Positions 54,693-64,000 of a DNA stretch of 64,000 bases are shown piece by piece. Position 1 is the stretch's first letter. Each line of letters starts with the position of its first letter. Source of the stretch: Minisyncoccota bacterium (GTDB lineage Bacteria; Patescibacteriota; Minisyncoccia; Phycocordibacterales; UBA9973); NCBI GenBank assembly GCA_041675085.1, contig JBAYUN010000001.1:9829-73828 (forward strand), written 5' to 3'. A program made the position numbers and the translations under genes. The notes beneath the pieces were generated by a model. That model did not search any database and was not told the origin of the DNA. It worked only from the letters and a program-made list of their open reading frames with translations.

Positions 54693-56210
54693 ATGAATAA
54701 TAATACAAACAACACAATAGTAGATAACTTAAAAAAAGAAATAGAAAATTTTTCTTTGAAAGTTAAGGGAGAAAAGACAGGTCGCGTTACGGAAGTTTTC
54801 GACGGTATTGCCAAAGTATCTGGATTAAGAGATGTTAAGTCTTCTGAAATGGTTACTTTTTCTGGAGGTGAAGTAGGTGTTGTGTTAAACCTCGAAGAGG
54901 ATACTGTTGGTATTATTATTCTTGGAGATTTCTCTAAGATTAAAGAAGGTGATACTGTATCTCCAACCGAACGTATTCTAGAAGTTCCTGTGTCTGAAAT
55001 GCAAATCGGACGTGTTTTGAACGCACTTGGTAATCCTATCGACGGCAAAGGGGAAATCAAAACTGACAAGACTTACCCAGTTGAAAAAGTTGCTCCTGGA
55101 GTTGTGACTAGAGAGAGTGTGAACCAACCTGTATCTACTGGTATTAAAGCTATCGACGCTCTTATCCCGGTAGGACGTGGACAACGTGAGCTTATTATCG
55201 GTGATCGTCAAACAGGTAAAACTGCTATTGCTATAGATACTATCTTGAATCAAAAAGGTCAAGATATGATTTGTGTCTATGTATCTATCGGTCAAAAAGA
55301 TTCAAAACTACGCAAAATCCAAACTCGTCTCGAAGAAGGTGGAGCTATGGATTATACTATTATCGTCTCTGCAGGTAGTTCTGAACCAGCAGCTCTCTCA
55401 TACATCGCGCCTTATACTGGAGTAGCTATCGCTGAATCTTTCATGGATCAAGGTAAAGACGTTCTGATTATTTATGACGATTTATCAAAACACGCTGTAG
55501 CATATCGTGAAATCTCACTCTTGCTTCGTCGTCCACCAGGTCGTGAAGCTTACCCTGGAGACGTTTTCTATTTACACTCAAGACTTCTAGAACGTGCTTG
55601 CCGAAGAAATAAAGAATATGGAGGAGGAAGTATTACAGCTTTACCTATCATCGAAACTCAAGCTGGAGACTTGTCTGCATATATTCCCACAAACGTTATC
55701 TCTATCACAGACGGACAAATTTTCTTGGAGACAGATCTCTTCTACAAAGGAGTCCGTCCTGCAGTAAACGTAGGATTCTCTGTGTCTCGTGTGGGAGGAA
55801 GTGCTCAAATCAAAGCTATGAAAAAAGTGGCTGGAACTTTGAAACTCGACCTTGCTCAATACCGCGAACTTGAAGCTTTTGCTCAATTCGGTTCTGACCT
55901 AGACGAAGGTACTAAACAACAATTGGAACGTGGAAAGCGTGCTGTTGAAATGTTGAAACAACCTCAATACGCTCCAGTTCTAACTGAACATCAGATAGTG
56001 TCTCTGTATGCATTGGTTAAAGGATATATGGATAATGTTGAAGTTGCAAAAATCAAGATGTTTGAATCTGGGCTTATCGAATACACAGAAAATAATTCAA
56101 AACTTTTCTTGAAACAAGTTAGAGAAAAGAAAATGTGGGAAGATGATGGCGAAGAAGAATTAAAGGGATTGATTACAGACTTTAAGACGAATTTTTTAGC
56201 TACTAACTAA
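54693..56210 (+). CDS. atpA: ATP synthase subunit alpha
   Basis: GDRQTGKT and [23 protein letters not shown]. Confidence 0.98.
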   Translation: MNNNTNNTIVDNLKKEIENFSLKVKGEKTGRVTEVFDGIAKVSGLRDVKSSEMVTFSGGEVGVVLNLEEDTVGIIILGDFSKIKEGDTVSPTERILEVPVSEMQIGRVLNALGNPIDGKGEIKTDKTYPVEKVAPGVVTRESVNQPVSTGIKAIDALIPVGRGQRELIIGDRQTGKTAIAIDTILNQKGQDMICVYVSIGQKDSKLRKIQTRLEEGGAMDYTIIVSAGSSEPAALSYIAPYTGVAIAESFMDQGKDVLIIYDDLSKHAVAYREISLLLRRPPGREAYPGDVFYLHSRLLERACRRNKEYGGGSITALPIIETQAGDLSAYIPTNVISITDGQIFLETDLFYKGVRPAVNVGFSVSRVGGSAQIKAMKKVAGTLKLDLAQYRELEAFAQFGSDLDEGTKQQLERGKRAVEMLKQPQYAPVLTEHQIVSLYALVKGYMDNVEVAKIKMFESGLIEYTENNSKLFLKQVREKKMWEDDGEEELKGLITDFKTNFLATN

Positions 56211-56237
56211 CATCTAAAAACTATAACCTAATTTATT

Positions 56238-57149
56238 ATGGCTGGAACAAAAGAAATTAAAAGAAGAATAAAGAGTGTTAAAAGCACAAAGAAAATCACG
56301 AAAGCGATGGAACTTGTGGCGGCTAGTAAAATGAAGAAAGCAGTCTCTAAGGCTGTGGCTTCTAGAGCCTATGCAAATTATTCTTGGGATTTACTTTCTG
56401 GAGTTTCAGAAAATATTCAAGATTTAAAACATCCTTTCTTTACAGAAAATAAAAAAACTGACAAGGTCTTGTATGTTATCGTGACTTCAAATAGAGGCCT
56501 CTGTGGAGGATATAATTCTCAAGTTTTAAAGAGAGCTATCACTGCTTTCAAAAAAGTTGATGATAAATCTCAAATAGACATTTTGGTTATAGGTAAAAAA
56601 GGAGATAATTCTATGCGCAGACTAGGTATGAAAGTAGCTGCCTCTTTTACAGAATTGCCTGATATTATCGATCTATCAGATATCACTCCTATCTCAACTT
56701 TGATCACATCAGAATACAAATTAGGTAATTATAAAGAAGTCTTTGCAGTCTATACAGAGTACATCTCGGCTTTGTCTCAAAGACCAAAGAGAAAAAAGCT
56801 CTTACCGGTATCGAGATTTGAACTCAAAGAGTCCATAGAATCAGTCGGAGATGCGAAATCAAAAGAAATCTTAAGTTTGAAAATTAAAAAGAATCAGTAT
56901 ATTTTTGAAGGAGATATGAATAGTCTAGTAGAGAGTCTCGCCGAGAAATTAATCAGAATGCAGATTTATCAAACATTACTAGAATCAAATGCCTCAGAAC
57001 AATCCTCTCGTATGATAGCCATGAAAAACGCTGGAGACGCTGCAAGTGAAATGATAGATGACTTGACCCTAGTATTCAACAAAGCCAGACAAGCAAATAT
57101 TACCAGAGAGATAAGTGAGATTAGTGCCGGTATGGCAAGTGTGAGCTAA
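56238..57149 (+). CDS. atpG: ATP synthase subunit gamma
   Basis: KITKAMELVAASK, RGLCG and RQANITREISEI. Confidence 0.98.
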   Translation: MAGTKEIKRRIKSVKSTKKITKAMELVAASKMKKAVSKAVASRAYANYSWDLLSGVSENIQDLKHPFFTENKKTDKVLYVIVTSNRGLCGGYNSQVLKRAITAFKKVDDKSQIDILVIGKKGDNSMRRLGMKVAASFTELPDIIDLSDITPISTLITSEYKLGNYKEVFAVYTEYISALSQRPKRKKLLPVSRFELKESIESVGDAKSKEILSLKIKKNQYIFEGDMNSLVESLAEKLIRMQIYQTLLESNASEQSSRMIAMKNAGDAASEMIDDLTLVFNKARQANITREISEISAGMASVS

Positions 57150-57171
57150 AATATTATCAAAACATTATTAA

Positions 57172-58545
<1,374 letters not shown>

Positions 58546-58556
58546 TTATTTCTTAA

Positions 58557-59006
58557 ATGAATTCAAAAAAAATAAAATTAAAAGTTGTGACTCCAGAAAA
58601 AATCATTCTCGATGAGGAGGTTTTGCATGTGAGTGTGCCTACTAAAGAAGGTGAGATAGGTATATTGCCTATGCATATCCCTCTTGTTGCAGACTTGAAG
58701 TCTGGCGATGTGGTAGCTACTAATGAAGAAGGTGATATTCCTGTCGCTATTGTTGGAGGTTTCGTAGAAGTAAAGAATGATGATGAGGGTAATACTGTAG
58801 TTGTTGTCTTGGCTGATTTTGCCGAACATGTCTCTCTACTGACAGACGAAGTTATCGAACGTGCTCGTGCTCGTGCAGAAGAATTAAAGCTCCAAATGGA
58901 GAACAAAGATCATGTGGATTTCGAACATTTTGCAACAGAACTCGAACGCTCAATCACTCGTATTAAAATCGCTGATAAATGGAGAACTAAAAAATATCGT
59001 AAATAA
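58557..59006 (+). CDS. atpC: ATP synthase subunit epsilon
   Basis: VVTPE, GEIGILP.H.P and GGFVEV. Confidence 0.95.
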   Translation: MNSKKIKLKVVTPEKIILDEEVLHVSVPTKEGEIGILPMHIPLVADLKSGDVVATNEEGDIPVAIVGGFVEVKNDDEGNTVVVVLADFAEHVSLLTDEVIERARARAEELKLQMENKDHVDFEHFATELERSITRIKIADKWRTKKYRK

Positions 59007-59046
59007 TTGATTGACAAATTTTATCCATTTGTATATACTTTAGGAT

Positions 59047-59274
59047 ATGGATACAACAATTTTAATTAAAACTAAAAAAGATTTGAAAAATAAAGCTCAA
59101 GAACTGGCAAGTGATTTAGGACTTTCTTTGACTGATGTTGTTAATGCTTCTCTAAGGCAATTTGTTATTAATCAAGGTATTACTATTTCCAAAATTCCCA
59201 CAGAGTCTATAGATACCTATATTAATAAAAAAGAAATTTTATCTGCTTATAAAGAATCTTTGAAAGAGTTTTAA
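59047..59274 (+). CDS. RelB/DinJ-type antitoxin
   Basis: RHH-like TILIKT.K.LK..A..LA..LGLSLT.VVN..LRQFV. Promoter TTGACA-17-TATACT at 59011-59039. Confidence 0.8.
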   Translation: MDTTILIKTKKDLKNKAQELASDLGLSLTDVVNASLRQFVINQGITISKIPTESIDTYINKKEILSAYKESLKEF

Positions 59275-59280
59275 AATTAT

Positions 59281-59550
59281 ATGATGCTTTTAAAGACAAA
59301 GAATTATAAAAAAAGCATCTCTTCCTTGTATAAAAAAGATATAGTTTTACTTTCCCAACAAGAAAATTTATTAATAAAAGATATCTTTAATTCGAAATTA
59401 CACACAAAGAAATTAAAAGGTTTTGGAAATGATTTAGTTTATTCTTTCAGGATTACTAGAGAATATAGAGGAATATTTCGTTTGTCTGATAATAATATTA
59501 TTTTATTTGCGATAGGTCATCGTAAAGATATTTATCAATCATTAAATTAA
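59281..59550 (+). CDS. RelE/ParE-family toxin
   Basis: LHTKKLKG...YSFRITREYR.IF.....IGHRKDIY. Confidence 0.82.
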   Translation: MMLLKTKNYKKSISSLYKKDIVLLSQQENLLIKDIFNSKLHTKKLKGFGNDLVYSFRITREYRGIFRLSDNNIILFAIGHRKDIYQSLN

Positions 59551-59556
59551 AAATAA

Positions 59557-60234
59557 ATGTCTAACTTATACATAGTGGCGACTCCAATAGGCAACATGCA
59601 AGATATAACTTTTCGGGCAGTTGAGACTTTGAAGAGTGTAGATTTGATATTGTGTGAAGATACTCGCGTCACCAAAAATCTTTTAAATAAATACGAGATA
59701 AGTAAGCCGACCATGAGTTATCACGCTCAGAGCAAAATATCTAAATTAGATAAGATTTTAGAATTGTTAGAAGAAGGGAAAGATATAGCCTTGGTCTCTG
59801 ACGCGGGTACACCTGGGATCTCAGACCCTGGTAGTCAGCTTGTAAAAGCCGTATTAGAGCGTTTTCCTAATGAAGTGAGAGTAATTCCTATTCCGGGTGC
59901 AACAGCTCTTATAACGGCTTTATCTGGCTCTGGGCTTGATACTCACGAATTCACTTTTCTAGGATTTTTGCCTCACAAAAAAGGTAGAGAGACTTTGTTC
60001 AAAGAGATGAGTACTGCTAAAAGAACGGTAGTTTTTTATGAATCTCCTCACCGAATAATGAAGACGTTAGAATCCTTGGTAAAATTCTGCCCAGACAAAA
60101 AGGTCTGTGTAGCTAGAGAGTTAACTAAAATCTACGAACAATTTGTGACCAATACGCCAGAAGAAGTTTTAAAATATTTTGAAGAAAACAAAGATAAAGT
60201 CCGAGGAGAATTTGTGGTCTTGGTAGGGAATTAA
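59557..60234 (+). CDS. rsmI: 16S rRNA C1402 2'-O-methyltransferase RsmI
   Basis: LYIVATPIGN, CEDTR, SDAGTP.ISDPG, YESPHR and RELTK. Confidence 0.97.
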   Translation: MSNLYIVATPIGNMQDITFRAVETLKSVDLILCEDTRVTKNLLNKYEISKPTMSYHAQSKISKLDKILELLEEGKDIALVSDAGTPGISDPGSQLVKAVLERFPNEVRVIPIPGATALITALSGSGLDTHEFTFLGFLPHKKGRETLFKEMSTAKRTVVFYESPHRIMKTLESLVKFCPDKKVCVARELTKIYEQFVTNTPEEVLKYFEENKDKVRGEFVVLVGN

Positions 60235-60268
60235 AAAAGGGCTTCTGAATTTATTCAGAAGCCCTTTT
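60233..60268. terminator. Bidirectional terminator
   Basis: aaaagggcttctgaat-tt-attcagaagccctttt between convergent genes. Confidence 0.85.
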
Positions 60269-60270
60269 AC

Positions 60271-60987
60271 TTAATTTATGCTTTCCAGAGCTTTAATTAT
60301 TTTATTTTCATTCATTCTAAAAGTGTTTCCAGATTCAACACATTTTTTTGAAAAATAATTGATAATTTCATGTATTGGATATAAATAATAGTTATTACAT
60401 TTTGAAATTGACTTTCTTATTGAAACCCAATTACCATAAAAATTTACTTCTTCTAAATCTAACAAGTATTTAAATTTAGATTTTAAAAAAATTTTATTTG
60501 AAAAATAATTCGGAAATGGTGTATTAACATCTACTAATAACTCATTCACCATTCTGTAACAAAATTGATCAGACAAATCAAACAGTACATTTTTTTCTTG
60601 TTCACAAAGGGTGCCATAAAAGTTTTTTATTTCTTTTAAAGAAGCAAGTTTTTCTTTTAAATTTACTGGATTAAGCTCCTTAACATATTCTAAAGATTCT
60701 ATGTTGTATAAAGTCCCTAGTTTAACAAAATTATGAAAAAGATTACTCAAGTTTTTTAAAATTTCCTTATGCAATGTGCCATTTTCGTAAACTCTTTTTA
60801 AGAAATATAAATAAACTATAGCAAATTCAATGGTGTGATTATGAAATCTTTTATTTTCTTCAGAAAATTTTAAAATCTTTATTAAATTTACTTCTAGCAA
60901 TCCAGTGGTTAGAATAGGTAGGTCTTGAAGAGTATTTATTATAATCTCTTCTCCATTTTCGTTTAAAATAGGAAAATTAAAACTCAT
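60271..60987 (-). CDS. Hypothetical protein (ORFan)
   Basis: 238 aa, very AT-rich. Its TTGACA promoter sits at the priA 3' end. Confidence 0.7.
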   Translation of the reverse strand: MSFNFPILNENGEEIIINTLQDLPILTTGLLEVNLIKILKFSEENKRFHNHTIEFAIVYLYFLKRVYENGTLHKEILKNLSNLFHNFVKLGTLYNIESLEYVKELNPVNLKEKLASLKEIKNFYGTLCEQEKNVLFDLSDQFCYRMVNELLVDVNTPFPNYFSNKIFLKSKFKYLLDLEEVNFYGNWVSIRKSISKCNNYYLYPIHEIINYFSKKCVESGNTFRMNENKIIKALESIN

Positions 60988-61062
60988 TTTTATTTGTTTT
61001 TAAAGGTCAATTAATATTTTATTCATTTTGAATTTAACATTAAATACTGCTTCTGTCAATTA

Positions 61063-63036
61063 TTATAATAAATCTTCAGGGTCTATTTGGATATTGAAAG
61101 TCTCAGGTAGATCCGATAGCTTTTTTGATAATTTTTCATTGAGATTACCTTCGAGTGACAAGCTCGGTAATGACCAGTCTTTTTTCTCTAATTTTAGTAG
61201 AGTATTGGTAATATATTGATTCTTAGATTTTGAGATAAACCCGCCGAAGATCGTCGGATTGTATTCTTTTAAATATTCGGTTAAGAAATCTTTAACCTTT
61301 TTTGTTTCTTCTTTATCTCCGTTATAACTAATTTTAATAAATCTTTTATAGGGTGGATATTCTAATATTTTTCTATCTTGCAATTCTTCTCGTACATAAG
61401 ATAGTAGATTTTTATTCTGGACAGATCGGATGATATCATCTTGTACATTTTTAGTCTCAATGATAAATGTATTTTCAGTTTTATTTATAACGCCGAGTAT
61501 TATCTGAAGTATTTTTTCGCTCATTTTAAAATGCGGTATAGTCCAAAGTCCGTCAAAAGAAGCTATAAGTGATAGATCTACTTTTTCTTTTAAATAAAAT
61601 AAAGCCATCTCCGTACCGACTAGAATAGAACCTTCTCCGCCAGAGGCGGATCCGCCTTTGGCGGAAAATTCTTTAATTATTTTTTCTGCACCAGAGTTAG
61701 TCTTGGCACTTTCTTTATCTAACTTTAATATTTTAGTAGTAGGGAATAGGGAGGTTAATTCTTCGACTACTGTGTCTGTGCCTATGCCGAGCGGAGTCAG
61801 ATCCCAACTACCACAATAGCTACAAGTCATGAGCGGGTTTTTCTCAACTTTGCATTTATTGCAACTAAATATTCTTTTTTGACTTTTCAGAGATGTATAC
61901 AAAACCAAAGGAGCAGAACAAGAGTCGCAAGTGACTTCTGTCTGACAATTGCGACAGACTGTATAAGTAGCGAGCCCTTTTCGGAGTGAAAAAGCAAAAA
62001 CATTTTTCTTTTGAGATAAAGTCTGCTCGATTTCTCTAATGCTTTCTTCATTCAAGATACGCCATTTTTTGCTAGATACTTCTTTTTGAGTATTGTCTTT
62101 TTTTCTTTCTATAATTTTTATATTGCCGTTAAAATTAATTCTAAAAGATAGAGGTTCTAATTCGTTCATATTCTCGAGTTCGCGTCTAGCTACTGTTTCA
62201 AAACGCAAAAAGGTATCGGCAAATATTATTCTGGATTGGATTTTTGATGCATATATTTCAGCATAAACTCTTAGGTCGAAGAATGGTTTGAATATTGTTT
62301 TATAAGCATTACTACTCTCTTTCTCTATGATTATCGTGCCTATGTCATACCTCGGTATAGATAAATACTGAGCTGTGCCTAGGATAAGTATCGGATGATC
62401 TGTATTTAAAGCCTCGTCTATTTTTTTAAGGAGCTTTTTTGGATTGAGTCCGCCGTAGAAAGAGAATATAAAATTCTCAATACCTTTCTGTAAATTTATT
62501 TCAAACTCTTTAATATCTTGCATTGTAGGCAAGACTATAAAGATAGACTTCTTGTTTGCAAAAGAAGCCCTTATGAGAGTTTTATAAGAAGAGAGTCTGT
62601 CTTCGTATGGTGCTTGGAACAATAACTTTTCTGTCTGGATATTTTTATGATTATTATTACTTTCTTTTTTTTCTTTGGTGTAGGTTTTTGTTATGAGATC
62701 ATAATTTTCTTTTATGATTTGAGGAATCAGGTATGAGATAGTCGAGCTTTTATTGTTGGCAAAATACTTGCTAGTCAATAAAGCTGACTCTATGAATTCA
62801 TCTCGAAAGATTGAGAACTCTTTTGCTTCGACAATTTTTTTAATATTAAAATCCATATTCTTAATTTCGGATTTCATGGTGTTGGCGTCAACAGTATAAA
62901 CTACGAGACCAAGCATTTTTTTATTTCTGATAGTAATAGTGACGATACTACCTAGAGGCATGTCTGTAGATGAGAAATATGTTAATTCTTCGGTGAAAGT
63001 ATTCTTTTGTAACGGTATGACCGTCAATATTTGCAT
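61063..63036 (-). CDS. priA: Primosomal protein PriA (helicase motifs degenerate)
   Basis: N-terminal LTY...G.IV 3'-binding domain, four CxxC pairs, G.GT and YPPY. Confidence 0.85.
   Translation of the reverse strand: MQILTVIPLQKNTFTEELTYFSSTDMPLGSIVTITIRNKKMLGLVVYTVDANTMKSEIKNMDFNIKKIVEAKEFSIFRDEFIESALLTSKYFANNKSSTISYLIPQIIKENYDLITKTYTKEKKESNNNHKNIQTEKLLFQAPYEDRLSSYKTLIRASFANKKSIFIVLPTMQDIKEFEINLQKGIENFIFSFYGGLNPKKLLKKIDEALNTDHPILILGTAQYLSIPRYDIGTIIIEKESSNAYKTIFKPFFDLRVYAEIYASKIQSRIIFADTFLRFETVARRELENMNELEPLSFRINFNGNIKIIERKKDNTQKEVSSKKWRILNEESIREIEQTLSQKKNVFAFSLRKGLATYTVCRNCQTEVTCDSCSAPLVLYTSLKSQKRIFSCNKCKVEKNPLMTCSYCGSWDLTPLGIGTDTVVEELTSLFPTTKILKLDKESAKTNSGAEKIIKEFSAKGGSASGGEGSILVGTEMALFYLKEKVDLSLIASFDGLWTIPHFKMSEKILQIILGVINKTENTFIIETKNVQDDIIRSVQNKNLLSYVREELQDRKILEYPPYKRFIKISYNGDKEETKKVKDFLTEYLKEYNPTIFGGFISKSKNQYITNTLLKLEKKDWSLPSLSLEGNLNEKLSKKLSDLPETFNIQIDPEDLL
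61636..61665. repeat. 30 bp in-frame palindromic insertion in priA
   Basis: tccgccagaggcggatccgcctttggcgga, encoding SAKGGSASGG. Confidence 0.85.
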
Positions 63037-63116
63037 AAAGCTATTATATCATTTTGACCTTAAATTCATCATATCGTCCATTTTTTATTATTAGTTATAT
63101 GTGATATATTAGGTTT

Positions 63117-64000
63117 ATGGGTATTTTTTCAAAAAAGATAGGTATAGATCTCGGTACTGCTAATACGCTGGTTTTTGTGCCTGGGCGTGGTATCGTTTTG
63201 AGTGAGCCTTCTGTTGTATCTGTGTCTCTTCAAGACAATAAAATCTTAGCTATAGGTAAAGAAGCGAAAGACATGATAGGTAAGACTCCTGAAGAAATAA
63301 TAACTTATTGTCCTATGAAAGATGGTGTTATTGCTGACTATCGAGTCACCGAAGCCATGCTCCGATATTTTATAGGTAAAGCTCTCGGTAAATGGAATTT
63401 ATTTAAACCTGATGTTATGGTCTCTGTACCTGCAGGTGTGACTTCGACTGAACGCCGTGCTGTCGTCGAAGCTGCTATCAAAGCTGGTGCTCGCAATGCA
63501 TACGTAGTCAAAGAACCTATTCTCGCTGCTATCGGCGCCGGGATTCCTATTTATGAATCCAAGGGTTATATGGTGGTAGATATTGGCGGAGGGACTACTG
63601 ACGTGGCTGTTATTTCTCTGGGAGGAATAGTGGCTTGTACTTCTGTGAAATGCGCTGGCAATAAGATAGACCTCGCTATAGCCGAATATATCAAGAAAAC
63701 TTTCAATCTAGCGATAGGTGACAAAACTGCTGAAGAAGTCAAAATCAAAATCGGTGCTGCTGTACCACTCGAAGAAGAACTCCGTGTGACTATCAAAGGG
63801 CGCGACTATATCCAAGGACTTCCTCGTAGCGCTCAAGTCGGTACCAACGAAATAGTAAAAGCTATAGACAATGAATTGAAACAAATAATAAAAGCTATCA
63901 AGGACGTCTTGCAAGAAATTCCTCCAGAACTCGCTTCCGACATCATCGACCACGGTATTATTATGACTGGAGGATCTTCATTGCTTCGCAATTTGCCGGA
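63117..64000 (+). CDS. mreB: Rod shape-determining protein MreB, partial
   Basis: Not in the ORF track. MGIFSKKIGIDLGTANT, EP..AAIGAG, VDIGGGTT and TGG. Confidence 0.96.
   Translation, partial: MGIFSKKIGIDLGTANTLVFVPGRGIVLSEPSVVSVSLQDNKILAIGKEAKDMIGKTPEEIITYCPMKDGVIADYRVTEAMLRYFIGKALGKWNLFKPDVMVSVPAGVTSTERRAVVEAAIKAGARNAYVVKEPILAAIGAGIPIYESKGYMVVDIGGGTTDVAVISLGGIVACTSVKCAGNKIDLAIAEYIKKTFNLAIGDKTAEEVKIKIGAAVPLEEELRVTIKGRDYIQGLPRSAQVGTNEIVKAIDNELKQIIKAIKDVLQEIPPELASDIIDHGIIMTGGSSLLRNLP

Overview
AT-rich chromosomal segment of a small-genome CPR/Patescibacteria (Parcubacteria, Nomurabacteria-like) bacterium. The assignment is inferred from the minimal dcw cluster, short AtpH, CPR-type bS21, degenerate PriA and palindromic inserts. 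Bases 1-~5950 are an accessory island or prophage remnant. It holds a terminase-small-subunit-like gene, a three-gene Lamassu/ABC-3C defence system with a SMEK effector, and a C4/CI-like cloverleaf antisense RNA plus terminator in front of a DUF4352/DUF488 operon. The rest is mostly housekeeping: ftsAZ, ybeY, rpsU, greA, lysS, mraZ-rsmH-ftsL-ftsI-murF, rmuC, obgE, gatB, fba, rplY, rpmE, prfA, a complete F-type ATP synthase operon with a Na+-type c subunit, rsmI, priA and partial mreB. Interspersed are tRNA-Glu(CTC), tRNA-Ile(GAT), a HinP1I-like GCGC restriction-modification pair, PIN-PhoH, a crtI-crtB-crtE-lyeJ-GT2 (C50 carotenoid-like) operon, a RelBE-type TA pair and self-contained ORFan cassettes. 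The most unusual non-coding signals are a ~100 bp MITE-like element inserted exactly at, and duplicating, start codons of leaderless genes, several palindromic elements (some in-frame inside genes), a ~140 bp terminator-promoter-leader repeat organising an ORFan array, and tRNA 5'-end fragments stacked upstream of both tRNAs. All protein calls are from motif recognition; no database search was run.
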